DNA of 64,000 nucleotides, from positions 32,001-96,000 of the forward strand of contig JAYZQJ010000069.1 of NCBI GenBank assembly GCA_036149055.1, written 5' to 3'. Below the pieces are notes generated by a model that was given only the letters and a program-made list of their open reading frames with translations, did not search any database and was not told where the DNA came from. The DNA comes from Myxococcota bacterium. Lineage in GTDB: Bacteria; Myxococcota_A; Polyangia; Polyangiales; Sandaracinaceae. Positions 31,156 to 40,580 of this stretch are shown here, in pieces. The position numbers were made by a program, and so were the translations under genes. Within the stretch, counting starts at the first letter, position 1. Every line of letters starts with the position of its first letter.

Positions 31156-32346
31156 TCAGTCCTCGGCGTCGCCCGCGTCGGCGGCCGGCGCCTGACCGAG
31201 GGTGACGACCGCCTGGCCGGAGAGCACCCCGGGGCCGACGGTGACGGTGAGCACGGTGCGCTGGCCGGGCCGGTGACGGGAGAGCGCGCGCTGGAGGTGG
31301 GCCATCGAGGGCGTCGGGCGGCCGTCGACCGCGACGATGATGTGACCGGTCCAGGGCACGCCCATCTGCTGCACGGCGGGCGGGGCCGGATCGGCGGCCC
31401 CCGCGAGGCCCGCGGTCTCGGCCGGGCTGCCCGGGACGACCTCGCGGATGCGCACGCCGGCGTAGCCGCGGGCCCGGAAGTCGTCGCCGAGGATGCCGAG
31501 GAACGCGCCCCTCGGCGCCCGACGCTGGGCCTGGGGGCGGGTCGGCTCCGGCACCGCCTGGGCATGCCGCTCGGGCTGGGCGGACTCGGGCTGGGCGCCC
31601 TCCTGTCGAGCGACCTGCAGCCGCTCCCGCACGTGGTCGAGGAGCGCGGTGACGTGGTTGGAGGGGACCGCGAAGCCGATGCCGTGGCTGCCGCCGGTGC
31701 GCGAGAGGATCGCCGTGTTCACCCCGATGACGTCGCCGCCGGCGCTGACCAGAGGCCCGCCGGAGTTGCCCGGGTTGATCGGCGCGTCGGTCTGGATGAG
31801 GCGCCGGACCGCCCCGCCGCCGAGCCGCGAGCCGGGCGGCACGTCGCGGAGCGCGCTCACGATGCCCTGGGTCAGGGTGCCGTCGAGGCCGAACGGGCTA
31901 CCGAACGCGAGCACCGCCTGGCCGACGACCACCTGGTCCGAGTCGGCGAGCGTGAGCGGCCGGGCCGGCGTCGTGCCCTCCACCTCCAGGATGGCGAGAT
32001 CGTGATCGGGCGAGTCGAGCAGCACCCGGGCCCGGCGGGTGGTCCCGCTCGAGAAGCGGATCTCGAGGCCGTAGCGGCGCGCGGGGCGGATCACGTGCGA
32101 GTTCGTCACGATCCAGCGCTCGTCCCCAGTCACGAACCCCGATCCGGTGGAGGGGCCGCTCACCACCGACACCGTCGACTCCTGGAGGCGTCGGGCCACC
32201 TCGATGCGGCGCTGCTCGGCCTGCTGGGCCTCGGCGGAAGCCGGGGCGAGCGTGGGCGCGGCGAGGAGGGCCGCGAGCGTGGTCATGACGCCGAGCGTCG
32301 CGGCGCGAGCGGCCGCGCGGCGGGGGTTGTCGTCGTACATCCTCAT
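31156..32346 (-). CDS. Trypsin-like serine protease with PDZ (HtrA/DegP-like); start uncertain
   Basis: TGSGF, TNSHV, HDLA and QTDAPINPGNSGGPL motifs; PDZ V.PGSPA..AGL. Confidence 0.92.
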   Translation of the reverse strand: MRMYDDNPRRAAARAATLGVMTTLAALLAAPTLAPASAEAQQAEQRRIEVARRLQESTVSVVSGPSTGSGFVTGDERWIVTNSHVIRPARRYGLEIRFSSGTTRRARVLLDSPDHDLAILEVEGTTPARPLTLADSDQVVVGQAVLAFGSPFGLDGTLTQGIVSALRDVPPGSRLGGGAVRRLIQTDAPINPGNSGGPLVSAGGDVIGVNTAILSRTGGSHGIGFAVPSNHVTALLDHVRERLQVARQEGAQPESAQPERHAQAVPEPTRPQAQRRAPRGAFLGILGDDFRARGYAGVRIREVVPGSPAETAGLAGAADPAPPAVQQMGVPWTGHIIVAVDGRPTPSMAHLQRALSRHRPGQRTVLTVTVGPGVLSGQAVVTLGQAPAADAGDAED

Positions 32347-32517
32347 CGCTCCATAGATGGCCATGTGGCCGGGTCGATTCAACGTCCAGCCCTTCGGGGC
32401 CGAGAACCGGCGACGTTTCCGGCCGATTCCATGTTATTGCGAGCCCCCTGGGGGACGGGGTAGCCTCCCGGGAGGGCACGGCACCCGCCGATTTGGGCCC
32501 GCCGAGGAATCATCACG

Positions 32518-33276
32518 GTGAAGAGGTACGGCGTCGGATTGACCGACATCGGGCGGCGGAGGATGTCGAACGAGGATGCATTCATCCTCGACAACGACAT
32601 CGGCCTCTACGTCGTCGCCGATGGCATGGGCGGCCACGCGGCCGGTGAGGTCGCGAGCCAGGAGGCCGTGGACACGGTGCTCGGCATGGTGCGGCGCGGC
32701 TACGCCTCGGTGGAGCAGTTCCAGCAGGAGGGGCCGACCGGCGACAACGTGCGCGGCGTCCAGCGCCTGCTCGAGAGCGCGGTCCAGGCGGCCACCTACA
32801 TGGTGTTCGCGATCGCCGAGAACGACCCCGACCAGAAGGGCATGGGCACGACCGTCAGCGCCCTGCTCGTCATGGAGTCGCACGCGGTGGTGGCCCAGGT
32901 CGGGGACAGCCGCGTCTACCTCGTCCGCGAGAACAAGGTCTACCAGCTCACCGAGGACCACACCCTGGTGGCCTGGCAGGTGAAGCAGGGGATCATCAGC
33001 GAGGCCGAGGCCGCGCTGAGCCCCCACAAGAACGTGATCACCCGCGCCGTCGGGAGCCGCGACTACGTCCAGGTGGACACCCAGTGCATCGAGGTGGGCC
33101 CCGGCGACCGGTTCCTCGTCTGCTCGGACGGCCTGCACGGCTACCTCACCGACGAGGAGATCCCGGCCATCCTCGCCCTCGGCCCCGAGGTCGCGGTCAG
33201 CCGGCTCATCGACGTCGCCAACGCCCGCGGCGGGCGCGACAACATCACCGCGGTGGTCGTCGAAGTCGCCGAGTGA
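32518..33276 (+). CDS. PP2C-type Ser/Thr phosphatase (Stp1/PrpC)
   Basis: NED, VADGMGGH, MGTT, GDSR, CSDGL and GGRDNIT motifs. Confidence 0.95.
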   Translation: MKRYGVGLTDIGRRRMSNEDAFILDNDIGLYVVADGMGGHAAGEVASQEAVDTVLGMVRRGYASVEQFQQEGPTGDNVRGVQRLLESAVQAATYMVFAIAENDPDQKGMGTTVSALLVMESHAVVAQVGDSRVYLVRENKVYQLTEDHTLVAWQVKQGIISEAEAALSPHKNVITRAVGSRDYVQVDTQCIEVGPGDRFLVCSDGLHGYLTDEEIPAILALGPEVAVSRLIDVANARGGRDNITAVVVEVAE

Positions 33277-34572
33277 TCAGGGCGCCCGCGGGAGCCCGCG
33301 GAGCCCTCGCGGCACCTGCTCCAGATCGCGGTAGCGCTCGTAGAGCTGCGTCTGGCGGGTCGTCAGCGGCACGCTCTCGCCGCGGATGAAGACCTGGCGG
33401 GCCCAGGTGGTCACCTCGAACGGGTCGCCGGTCCAGACGACCAGGTTGGCCACCCGGCCGGCGGCGATCGTGCCGTAGTCGTCGTCGACCCCGAACACGC
33501 GCGCCGGCTCGAGGGTGAGGGCCCGGAGCGCCACGTCGGCCGGCAGCCCGGAGGCGACCGCGTTGCCCGCCTCCTGCCGGAGGTTGCGCAACTCGTGCGC
33601 GCCCTCGGTGGTGATGATGAGCGGCACCCCGGCCGCGTGCAGGAGCGCGGCGTTGTCGTAGCGCGCGTGCAGCTGGCTGAACTGCGCCGGCAGGTTCGTC
33701 ATCGGCTGGAGGATCACCGGGACGTCCGCGGCCGCGATCTGCGCCGCGACCATCCAGCCCTCCTCGGCCCCGGCCAGCACCAGCCGCACGCCCTGCTCGC
33801 GGGCGAAGGCGAGCACCCGGAGGATGTCGTGCGAGCGGGACACCCGCACGACCACCGGGAAGTCGCCGCCGAGCGCCTCGGACATGCGCTCGAGATCCAG
33901 CCTCGAGATCGACAGCTCGCGCAGCCCGCGCCGATCGAACGAGGCCCGGCGCTGGCGATAGAGGCGCGCGTCGTCGAACGCCTCGCGCAGCCGGTTGAGC
34001 GCGCTCGAGCGAGCCCCGCCGCCCTCGCGGATCCCGCCGTCGCCCAGGTCCACGTGCAGGGCCGCGCGCTCCTCGACCAGGAGGCGGTCGAGGGTGGCGC
34101 CGCGCAGGTCGAGCCAGGCGCTGGTGCCGCTCACCAGCCCGCCCGAGGGCGTCGAGACCACGCTGGTCACGCCCCACCGGCGGGCGACCGGGATGAGGGT
34201 CGAGGTCGGGTTGTAGCCGTCGACCACCGAGAACGACGCGCGGATCGGATCGGCGTCGTCGTCCTCGGGCGCCTCGTCGACCGTCGAGGGCTCGAGCCCG
34301 ATCTCGACGAGCCCGAGCGGCACCTGCGTCCCGACGAAGCCGGGGGTGATCGTGGCGCCCTGGCAGTCGAGCACCTCCGCGCCCGCCGGCGCCGCCCCAC
34401 CCGCGGTGACGCTGACGATGCGGTCCCCACGGATCACGACGGTGGCGTCCTCGATCGGCGCGCCGTCGCCGGGCAAGACCGTGCCGCCGACGAGGGCGAT
34501 CGGCGCGGGCGCCTGCGCGGCCGCCGGCGCGGCGAGCAGGGAGGCCAGCAAGGTGAGCGTGCAGCGCCTCAT
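33277..34572 (-). CDS. Secreted amidohydrolase-family protein lacking metal ligands (partner subunit)
   Basis: Amidohydrolase fold (ITPGF, G.I..G..ANLVVW.GDPF), but the HxH site reads TQVP; signal peptide. Confidence 0.85.
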   Translation of the reverse strand: MRRCTLTLLASLLAAPAAAQAPAPIALVGGTVLPGDGAPIEDATVVIRGDRIVSVTAGGAAPAGAEVLDCQGATITPGFVGTQVPLGLVEIGLEPSTVDEAPEDDDADPIRASFSVVDGYNPTSTLIPVARRWGVTSVVSTPSGGLVSGTSAWLDLRGATLDRLLVEERAALHVDLGDGGIREGGGARSSALNRLREAFDDARLYRQRRASFDRRGLRELSISRLDLERMSEALGGDFPVVVRVSRSHDILRVLAFAREQGVRLVLAGAEEGWMVAAQIAAADVPVILQPMTNLPAQFSQLHARYDNAALLHAAGVPLIITTEGAHELRNLRQEAGNAVASGLPADVALRALTLEPARVFGVDDDYGTIAAGRVANLVVWTGDPFEVTTWARQVFIRGESVPLTTRQTQLYERYRDLEQVPRGLRGLPRAP

Positions 34573-36095
34573 CGGTCGCCCTCCGGCGCGAGCTCCAGAT
34601 CCTGCCCGACCTCGAAGTCGGTGCGATACACGGGGTTCGGCGCCGCGCGGTCGTAGACGCGCTGCCCGTCGATGAACACGAGGTCCGCCCGGGCGTAGAC
34701 GCTGAACGGGTTCCGGTTCCAGACGACGACGTCGGCCATCTTGCCGGCCTCGAGCGACCCCGTCTGCTCGTGGATGCCGAGCGCCCAGGCCGGGTTGATG
34801 GTGATCCATCGCAAGGCTTGATCCTCGGTGATCGGGATCCCCGCGCGCCGGCCGGCGGTCATCGCCTTGGCCGCCTCCTGGTTGAGCCGCTGCACCAGCA
34901 TCGCGCTGTCCGAGTGGAGGATGCCCCGCGCGCCCGCCTGGGTGAGCAGCGGCAGGTTCTCCTCGATGGTGTCGTAGGCCTCGAGCTTGAAGCCCCACCA
35001 GTCGGCCCAGGTGCTCACCGAGACGTCGTGGCGCGCGAGCAGGTCGCGGATCTTGTAGGCCTCGACCGCGTGATGGAACGAACGGATGCGGAAGCCGAGC
35101 TCCTGGCCGACCTCGATCATGCGCGCCATCTCGTCGGCGCGGTAGCAGTGCATCTGGACCAGCACCCGCCCCTGGATGGCGCCGAGCAGACGCTCGAGGC
35201 CGAAGTCGCGCTCGGGGGGCAGCGGCGCCGGACCGGGATCGCTCGGGCCGTCCCCCGGGTCGGCCGCGTTCGGGTCGATCTCCCCCGCGGCGACCGCGGC
35301 GTCGTAGCGCTGACGATCCCGCTGCCAGCTCTGGTGCTCGGCCTGCCACTCCTCGAAGCCGCGCCCATACTCGATCGCGTCCTGGAACGCGGCGCGGTAG
35401 CCGTGCACGTTGCCCATGCGGGTCATCGGCGCGGACTGCCGCCCGCTCCCGTACACCCGCTTGGGGTTCTCGCCGCAAGCCATCTTGAGCGTCTCCGGCG
35501 CGCCGGGGAACTCCATCTCGCTCACCGAGCGGCCGAGGTGGAGCTTCACGATGGCGCCCGCGCCGCCGATGAGGTTGCCCGAGCCCGGCAGCACCTGGAT
35601 GGTCGTGACCCCGCCGGCCACCGCGCGCGGGAGCTGAGGATCCTGCGGCCAGAACGCGTCGGCGGCCCGCATCCCGGGGGTCACCGGGTCGACCATCTCG
35701 TTGCCGTCGGCCGTCGCGCGCACGTGCGGGCTCGGGTAGACGCCCATGTGCGAGTGATCATCGATGAGCCCCGGGGTCACGAAGCGCCCCGAGACGTCGA
35801 TGACCTCGGCGCCGTCCGGCACTGGCACCTCGTCGCGCGCCCCCACCGCGTGGAGCCGGCCGTTCTCCATCACGACGACGCCGTCTTCGACGGTCCGCCC
35901 GGCCGCGGTCATCACCGTGCCCCCGACGAGGGCGACGAGCGGCGACGCGACGGCCGGCGGATCGCTCGGCTGACGCTCCCAGGGGAGCGGCGGCGGCGCG
36001 GGCGGCTCGAGGTCGGCCGCGGACCGCGCGTCGGGCGGGCCCCCGCACGCGACGGCCGCGATCAGCAGTAGAGGGAAGAGGCGCTTCGGGGTCAT
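34569..36095 (-). CDS. Amidohydrolase-family lipoprotein
   Basis: VAC lipobox; PGLIDDHSH, KMACGENPK, HCYR, HHAVE and HSDS motifs. Confidence 0.9.
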   Translation of the reverse strand: MTPKRLFPLLLIAAVACGGPPDARSAADLEPPAPPPLPWERQPSDPPAVASPLVALVGGTVMTAAGRTVEDGVVVMENGRLHAVGARDEVPVPDGAEVIDVSGRFVTPGLIDDHSHMGVYPSPHVRATADGNEMVDPVTPGMRAADAFWPQDPQLPRAVAGGVTTIQVLPGSGNLIGGAGAIVKLHLGRSVSEMEFPGAPETLKMACGENPKRVYGSGRQSAPMTRMGNVHGYRAAFQDAIEYGRGFEEWQAEHQSWQRDRQRYDAAVAAGEIDPNAADPGDGPSDPGPAPLPPERDFGLERLLGAIQGRVLVQMHCYRADEMARMIEVGQELGFRIRSFHHAVEAYKIRDLLARHDVSVSTWADWWGFKLEAYDTIEENLPLLTQAGARGILHSDSAMLVQRLNQEAAKAMTAGRRAGIPITEDQALRWITINPAWALGIHEQTGSLEAGKMADVVVWNRNPFSVYARADLVFIDGQRVYDRAAPNPVYRTDFEVGQDLELAPEGDR

Positions 36096-36144
36096 GGCGG
36101 CGCGAGCATCGCACAGCCCTCTCCGCGCGATCCATCGCCCCCGG

Positions 36145-37209
36145 TCAGGGCGCGGCGCCGGCGCGCTCGAACATGAGGTCCATGTTGAGCACCGCCCCCG
36201 CCTGCATGCCGGTCGCCGCCGCGGCCACCGCCGCCTGCATGCGCGTGGTCAGGTCGCCGGCCGCGTAGACGCCCGGGGTCGAGGTCTCGCGCGTCCGCGG
36301 GTCGGCGACGACGAAGCCGTGCGCGTCGAGCTCGAGGCCCAGCCGTCGGACGAGCTCCACCTGCCGCTGCGGGGGGTGCGCGAAGAGCACCTCGCACGCG
36401 ACGCGGCCACCGTCGGCGAGCTCCACCGCCTCGAGGCGGCGCCCGTCCCCCACCAGGCGAGCGATCGGGCGCTCCTCGACCCGGACGCCGGCGCGATCCA
36501 GCGCGCCGCGCGCCTCGTCGGGGATCCCGCCCTCGCCCCCGGTGAAGAGCGTCACCTCGTCCGTCCACGCCGGCAGCTGCAGCGCGAACGGGAGGACGTG
36601 GCCGCCGGGATCGCCGAGGACCAGGAAGCCCCAGGGGCGGTCTCGCGCCTCCCAGCCGTGGCAGTAGGGGCACTGGAAGACGGCGTGCCCCCAGTGCTCC
36701 CGGAAGCCCTCGAGCGGGAGCATCTCGTCGATCATGCCGGTGCAGATCAGCACGCGGCGCGCCTCGACGCGCGCGTCGGCCAGGACGGCCCGGAAAGCGC
36801 CGCGCTCGCCTTCGATGGACTCGACCCGGGCGTCCCGGATCTCCACGTCGGGGTAGGCGGCGAGCTGCGCGCGGGCCACCCGCCGGAGCTCGGCCGGCGG
36901 GACCCCGTCGCGCGACAGGAAGTTGTGCACCTCGGAGGCGGCGGCGTTGCGGGGCGGCCCGGCGTCGCAGAGCAGCACCCGCTTGCGCGCCCGCCCGAGC
37001 GCGAGGGCCGCCGACAGACCGGCCGGGCCGCCGCCCACGATCAGGACGTCATGGGGGCCGTCCGGCCGACGCCGCGGGGGAGCCGGGACCGGGCCGCGGG
37101 GCGCGGGGCCCGACGCGCAGCCGGGGACGACCACGGCGGCGCCCAGGGCGGCGCTCGACTGGAGCCAGCGGCGCCGGGAGAAGGGGACATCATCGGAGGG
37201 GTGGGTCAT
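36145..37209 (-). CDS. Thioredoxin-reductase-like FAD oxidoreductase (CPYC) with twin-arginine leader
   Basis: GGGPAG, FQCPYCHGWE and TS.PGVYAAGD motifs; N-terminus SRRRWLQ..VPGC. Confidence 0.88.
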   Translation of the reverse strand: MTHPSDDVPFSRRRWLQSSAALGAAVVVPGCASGPAPRGPVPAPPRRRPDGPHDVLIVGGGPAGLSAALALGRARKRVLLCDAGPPRNAAASEVHNFLSRDGVPPAELRRVARAQLAAYPDVEIRDARVESIEGERGAFRAVLADARVEARRVLICTGMIDEMLPLEGFREHWGHAVFQCPYCHGWEARDRPWGFLVLGDPGGHVLPFALQLPAWTDEVTLFTGGEGGIPDEARGALDRAGVRVEERPIARLVGDGRRLEAVELADGGRVACEVLFAHPPQRQVELVRRLGLELDAHGFVVADPRTRETSTPGVYAAGDLTTRMQAAVAAAATGMQAGAVLNMDLMFERAGAAP

Positions 37210-37291
37210 GGCGCGTTCATCGCGCGCCCCTCCCCTCCCGCGTAGAGCGCGGTTTGCGCCGAAATCGGCGGCGCCTTCGATCCGCCGCCGA

Positions 37292-38140
37292 TCAGCCCCG
37301 CGCGCCGCCCTGATGGCGCCGGGTCGCTCGCCAGCTCGCGGGCGTGCACCCGTGCGCTCTCCGGAACATCCGGATGAAGTGGGTGGGATCCGCGTACCCG
37401 ACCCGCTCCGCGATGACGTCGACCATCTCGTCGGTGTGCACGAGCCGGCGCCGGGCCTCCGCGAGCCTGCCGCTGATGATCCACTCGGTCCCCGCGCGGC
37501 CGGTGGTCCGGCGCACCACCGGCGAGACGTGGGAGGGCGAGCGCCCCACCGCCGCCGCGACGTCGCGCAGCGACAGCGGCCCCAGGCAGTGCCGCTCGAT
37601 GAACCGCAGCGCGTCGCTCGCGAGCCCCACGGGCGCGCCCGTGGAGGCGGCCGGCGGCATCGAGCGCGTGACCTCCGCGAGGATGAGCGCGAGCAGGCTC
37701 TTCGCGACGAGCTCCGTGTGGGGCGTCGGCGGCGCGCTCGTCTCGCGCTCCAGCTCCGCGCACAGATCGGAGAGGTGCTGCTGCCGAGGCCCCGGCACGC
37801 GGGTGACCTTCGCCGCGCCGGCGGCGGCCCGGGTGAACGGATCGAGCAGCGACGCGAGCTCGGTGGGGGCGTAGCAGGCCGGGCAGAAGCCGACGCCCCA
37901 GACTTCGGGCGCGCGGGCCGTCGTGACGCCGTGTCGGGCGCCGGCCGGCACCAGGTACACGTCCCCGGCCCGCACGACGAAGCGCTCGCCCTGATGCACG
38001 ACCGCGCTGCCGGCCGTGAAGAACGCGAGCGCCATGAAGTCGTGGACCGCCTCGGTCGGCAGGGAGCGCGACGCGTCGAGGGACTGGCGCTGCGCCCACA
38101 CGGGGCGCGGGTGCGCGAGCGGGGCAGCGGAGGCGCTCAT
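37292..38140 (-). CDS. AraC family transcriptional regulator
   Basis: Cupin N-terminal domain; LSL.DVA and IAERVGYADPTHF.R.FRR..G motifs. Confidence 0.93.
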   Translation of the reverse strand: MSASAAPLAHPRPVWAQRQSLDASRSLPTEAVHDFMALAFFTAGSAVVHQGERFVVRAGDVYLVPAGARHGVTTARAPEVWGVGFCPACYAPTELASLLDPFTRAAAGAAKVTRVPGPRQQHLSDLCAELERETSAPPTPHTELVAKSLLALILAEVTRSMPPAASTGAPVGLASDALRFIERHCLGPLSLRDVAAAVGRSPSHVSPVVRRTTGRAGTEWIISGRLAEARRRLVHTDEMVDVIAERVGYADPTHFIRMFRRAHGCTPASWRATRRHQGGARG

Positions 38141-38169
38141 GCCCTCAGCCTAGGCGGCGCTCGACGCAG

Positions 38170-38186
38170 ATGCAATTGGGTTACAT
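38170..38186. promoter_or_regulatory. Candidate Zur-type operator
   Basis: Imperfect palindrome ATGCAAT-TGG-GTTACAT upstream of the ZinT-like gene. Confidence 0.55.
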
Positions 38187-38311
38187 CAGCGCCCAGAGTG
38201 AGGACGCCGCAACATGCGCCGATTCGACCACGCGAGGCGCTCTACCGGGCCGGCGGGCGTCGACGCAGAAGTGGGCTCCCGAGAATCCACTCACGACGGA
38301 GACCCCGACCG

Positions 38312-38896
38312 ATGCGCACCCGACTCTTCCTGTCCGCCGCGATCCTCGCGAGCCTCACCGGCTGCGAGGCGAGCGCCTCCCCGCTCCTGCTGTGGGAGGG
38401 CCGCTGGCAGGCGGCCGAGCCCCTCTTCCTCGACCCCGCGGCCGACTCCGCCTACCTGGCGGTGCAGGAGCTGCGGCCGGGGTACGAGCTCGACGAGATC
38501 CGCGCGATCGTCGCCGCGAGCTCGGACGTCGACTACACGTCGCTCGAGGTGACGGCGGACACGCTCACCTTCCTCGACGGAGCCGAGACGCTCTGCGCGG
38601 GACGGTACGCAGCCGCCGGCCCCGACGCGGGCGGGACGCCGGGCGCCGCCGAGCACCTCACCCTGGTCGAGACGATCGAGGGCGACTGCGGCCCCTACCG
38701 CTCCGCCTCGCTCGGCGGGCTCGTGCCGGAGGGCGACGACGTGCACTTCCACATCGTCACCGGCCCCGCGTCGGGGCCCTCCATGCCTCCCCCCTGGAAC
38801 CCCTCGGTCTGGAGCGAGACGATGACCCCCGAGCGCTTCGCCGCCGGGCTCGAGGCCGCCGCGCCGAACATCGCCAACCTGCTGCCCGAGCGGTGA
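38312..38896 (+). CDS. ZinT-like metal-binding lipoprotein
   Basis: LTGC lipobox; WEG.WQ..P, TLTF..C.GRY, HFHI and WNP pattern recalling ZinT. Confidence 0.6.
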   Translation: MRTRLFLSAAILASLTGCEASASPLLLWEGRWQAAEPLFLDPAADSAYLAVQELRPGYELDEIRAIVAASSDVDYTSLEVTADTLTFLDGAETLCAGRYAAAGPDAGGTPGAAEHLTLVETIEGDCGPYRSASLGGLVPEGDDVHFHIVTGPASGPSMPPPWNPSVWSETMTPERFAAGLEAAAPNIANLLPER

Positions 38897-38955
38897 CGCC
38901 AGCGCGGCGCCCGCCTCGGCGTGGCGGCGGCGCGATGCGGTGGTAGCTCTCCCGC

Positions 38956-39744
38956 ATGGCCCCCGAGGCAGGCACCGTCGAGCGCTGGGCGTGGGAGCTC
39001 GTGCACGCGACCACGCTCGCCGACAAGCTGACCCCGCCGCCGCGCCCCGATCGGTGGGAGGTCGCGCCGCCGCCGCGCCCCGAGGTCCGCCCGGGCCGTC
39101 CGCCCGAGCTCGACCTGCTGTCGCGACCTCCGAAGACCCCGAAGGCGGGAGCGCTCCGGGACCCGCGCAAGCGCGCTCAGCTCCTCCACACCTTCCTCCA
39201 CCACGAGCTGCAGGCGGCGGAGCTGATGAGCTGGGCGCTGCTCGCCTTCCCCGAGACCCCGCGCGCGTTCCGCCGGGGGCTGATGGCCATCGCCGACGAC
39301 GAGCTGCGCCACACCCGGCTCTACGCCGCGCACATCGAGCGGCTCGGCGCCGCGGTCGGTGACTTCGGGGTGCGGGACTGGTTCTGGGAGCGGGTCCCGA
39401 CGGTCACCTCCCCGGCCGCGTTCGTCGCGCTGCTCGGCGTGGGCTTCGAGGGGGCCAACCTCGATCACAGCGCGCGCTTCGCGCGGCTCTTCCGCGAGGC
39501 GGGCGACGAGGCGGGGGCGCGGCTCCAGGAGCAGGTGGGCCGCGAAGAGGAGCCGCACGTGCGCTTCGCGATCCGCTGGTTCGAGCGCTTCGCCGGCGGG
39601 CTCGAGTGGGAGCGCTGGCTCGCGCACCTGCCGCCGCCGCTCACCCCCATCGTGATGCGGGGCGCGCCGATCGTGCGGGACGCCCGGCGCCGCGCGGGCA
39701 TGAGCGAGTCGTTCCTGGACGCGCTCGAGGCGTTCGCGCCGTGA
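38956..39744 (+). CDS. Ferritin-like diiron protein (DUF455)
   Basis: LHTFLHHELQA.E, DE.RH, E..NLD and EE.PHV motifs. Confidence 0.88.
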   Translation: MAPEAGTVERWAWELVHATTLADKLTPPPRPDRWEVAPPPRPEVRPGRPPELDLLSRPPKTPKAGALRDPRKRAQLLHTFLHHELQAAELMSWALLAFPETPRAFRRGLMAIADDELRHTRLYAAHIERLGAAVGDFGVRDWFWERVPTVTSPAAFVALLGVGFEGANLDHSARFARLFREAGDEAGARLQEQVGREEEPHVRFAIRWFERFAGGLEWERWLAHLPPPLTPIVMRGAPIVRDARRRAGMSESFLDALEAFAP

Positions 39745-40568
39745 GCCCCGCCCCGCGCGCCTGGGTGCTGAACCTCGACGCCGACCGGGAGCTCGCGCTC
39801 GGGCCCGACCACCCTCGATCGACCGCGCTCCGCGCGCAGCTCCACGCCCACGCCGCGCCGGTGGCCGCCACCCTCCCCGCCGGCGACGTCTGGGTCGACG
39901 GGCCGGGGGATCCCCGCGGGCTCGAGGGCCGCTGCTGGTGCCCGACGCCGAGCGCGCGGGCCCGCCTGAGCGAGGTCGCCGCCCGCCTCTCCGCGCACGA
40001 CCCGCCGTTCGAGGTGCTCCGTCGCGTCAACGGCCGCAGCTTCTCGCACCGCCTCTGCCCGCTCGAGGGCGAGCGCGCGCTCCACGACCCGGACGCGGCC
40101 CGACGCACGCTCGAGCGCGGCCACTGGATGGTGCACCGCGAGCACACCTTCGCCGGGCGCGGCCACCGCTTCGTGCACGGGCCGCCCACCGCCGAGGACC
40201 TCGGCTGGATCGACAAGGGGCTCACCCTCGGCCCGCTCTTCGCGGCGCCCCGGCTCGCGCTGGAGCTCGAGGTCGCGCTGCACGGCCACGTGCGCCCGGG
40301 CGGGGGCGTCGATCGGGGCGTGGTGACCGCGCAGGAGGTCGATCGCGGGCAGTGGCGCCGGTCCGTGCGCGCCGAGGGGGCGCTGCGCGCGGACGAGGCC
40401 CGGGCCCTGGAGCGCGCCTTCGAGGCGGTGGCCGCCGCGCTGATCGACGCCGGCTACACCGGCCCCTTCGGCCTCGACGCCTTCCGGCACGCCGGCGGCT
40501 TCCACCCCCTGAGCGAGCTCAACGCCCGCTACTCGATGGGCTACCCGGTCGGCATGGGTGGCTGGTGA
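39741..40568 (+). CDS. ATP-grasp-like hypothetical protein
   Basis: GTGA overlap with DUF455; AGRG loop, GYTGPFGLDA and SELNARYSMG motifs. Confidence 0.75.
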   Translation: MSPAPRAWVLNLDADRELALGPDHPRSTALRAQLHAHAAPVAATLPAGDVWVDGPGDPRGLEGRCWCPTPSARARLSEVAARLSAHDPPFEVLRRVNGRSFSHRLCPLEGERALHDPDAARRTLERGHWMVHREHTFAGRGHRFVHGPPTAEDLGWIDKGLTLGPLFAAPRLALELEVALHGHVRPGGGVDRGVVTAQEVDRGQWRRSVRAEGALRADEARALERAFEAVAAALIDAGYTGPFGLDAFRHAGGFHPLSELNARYSMGYPVGMGGW

Positions 40569-40580
40569 GAGGGACGACGC

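Noticed and set aside
30788..31195. 135-aa ORF over the hairpin cluster
   Set aside because: Low-complexity product that overlaps the protease 3' end; the palindromic structure explains the sequence better.
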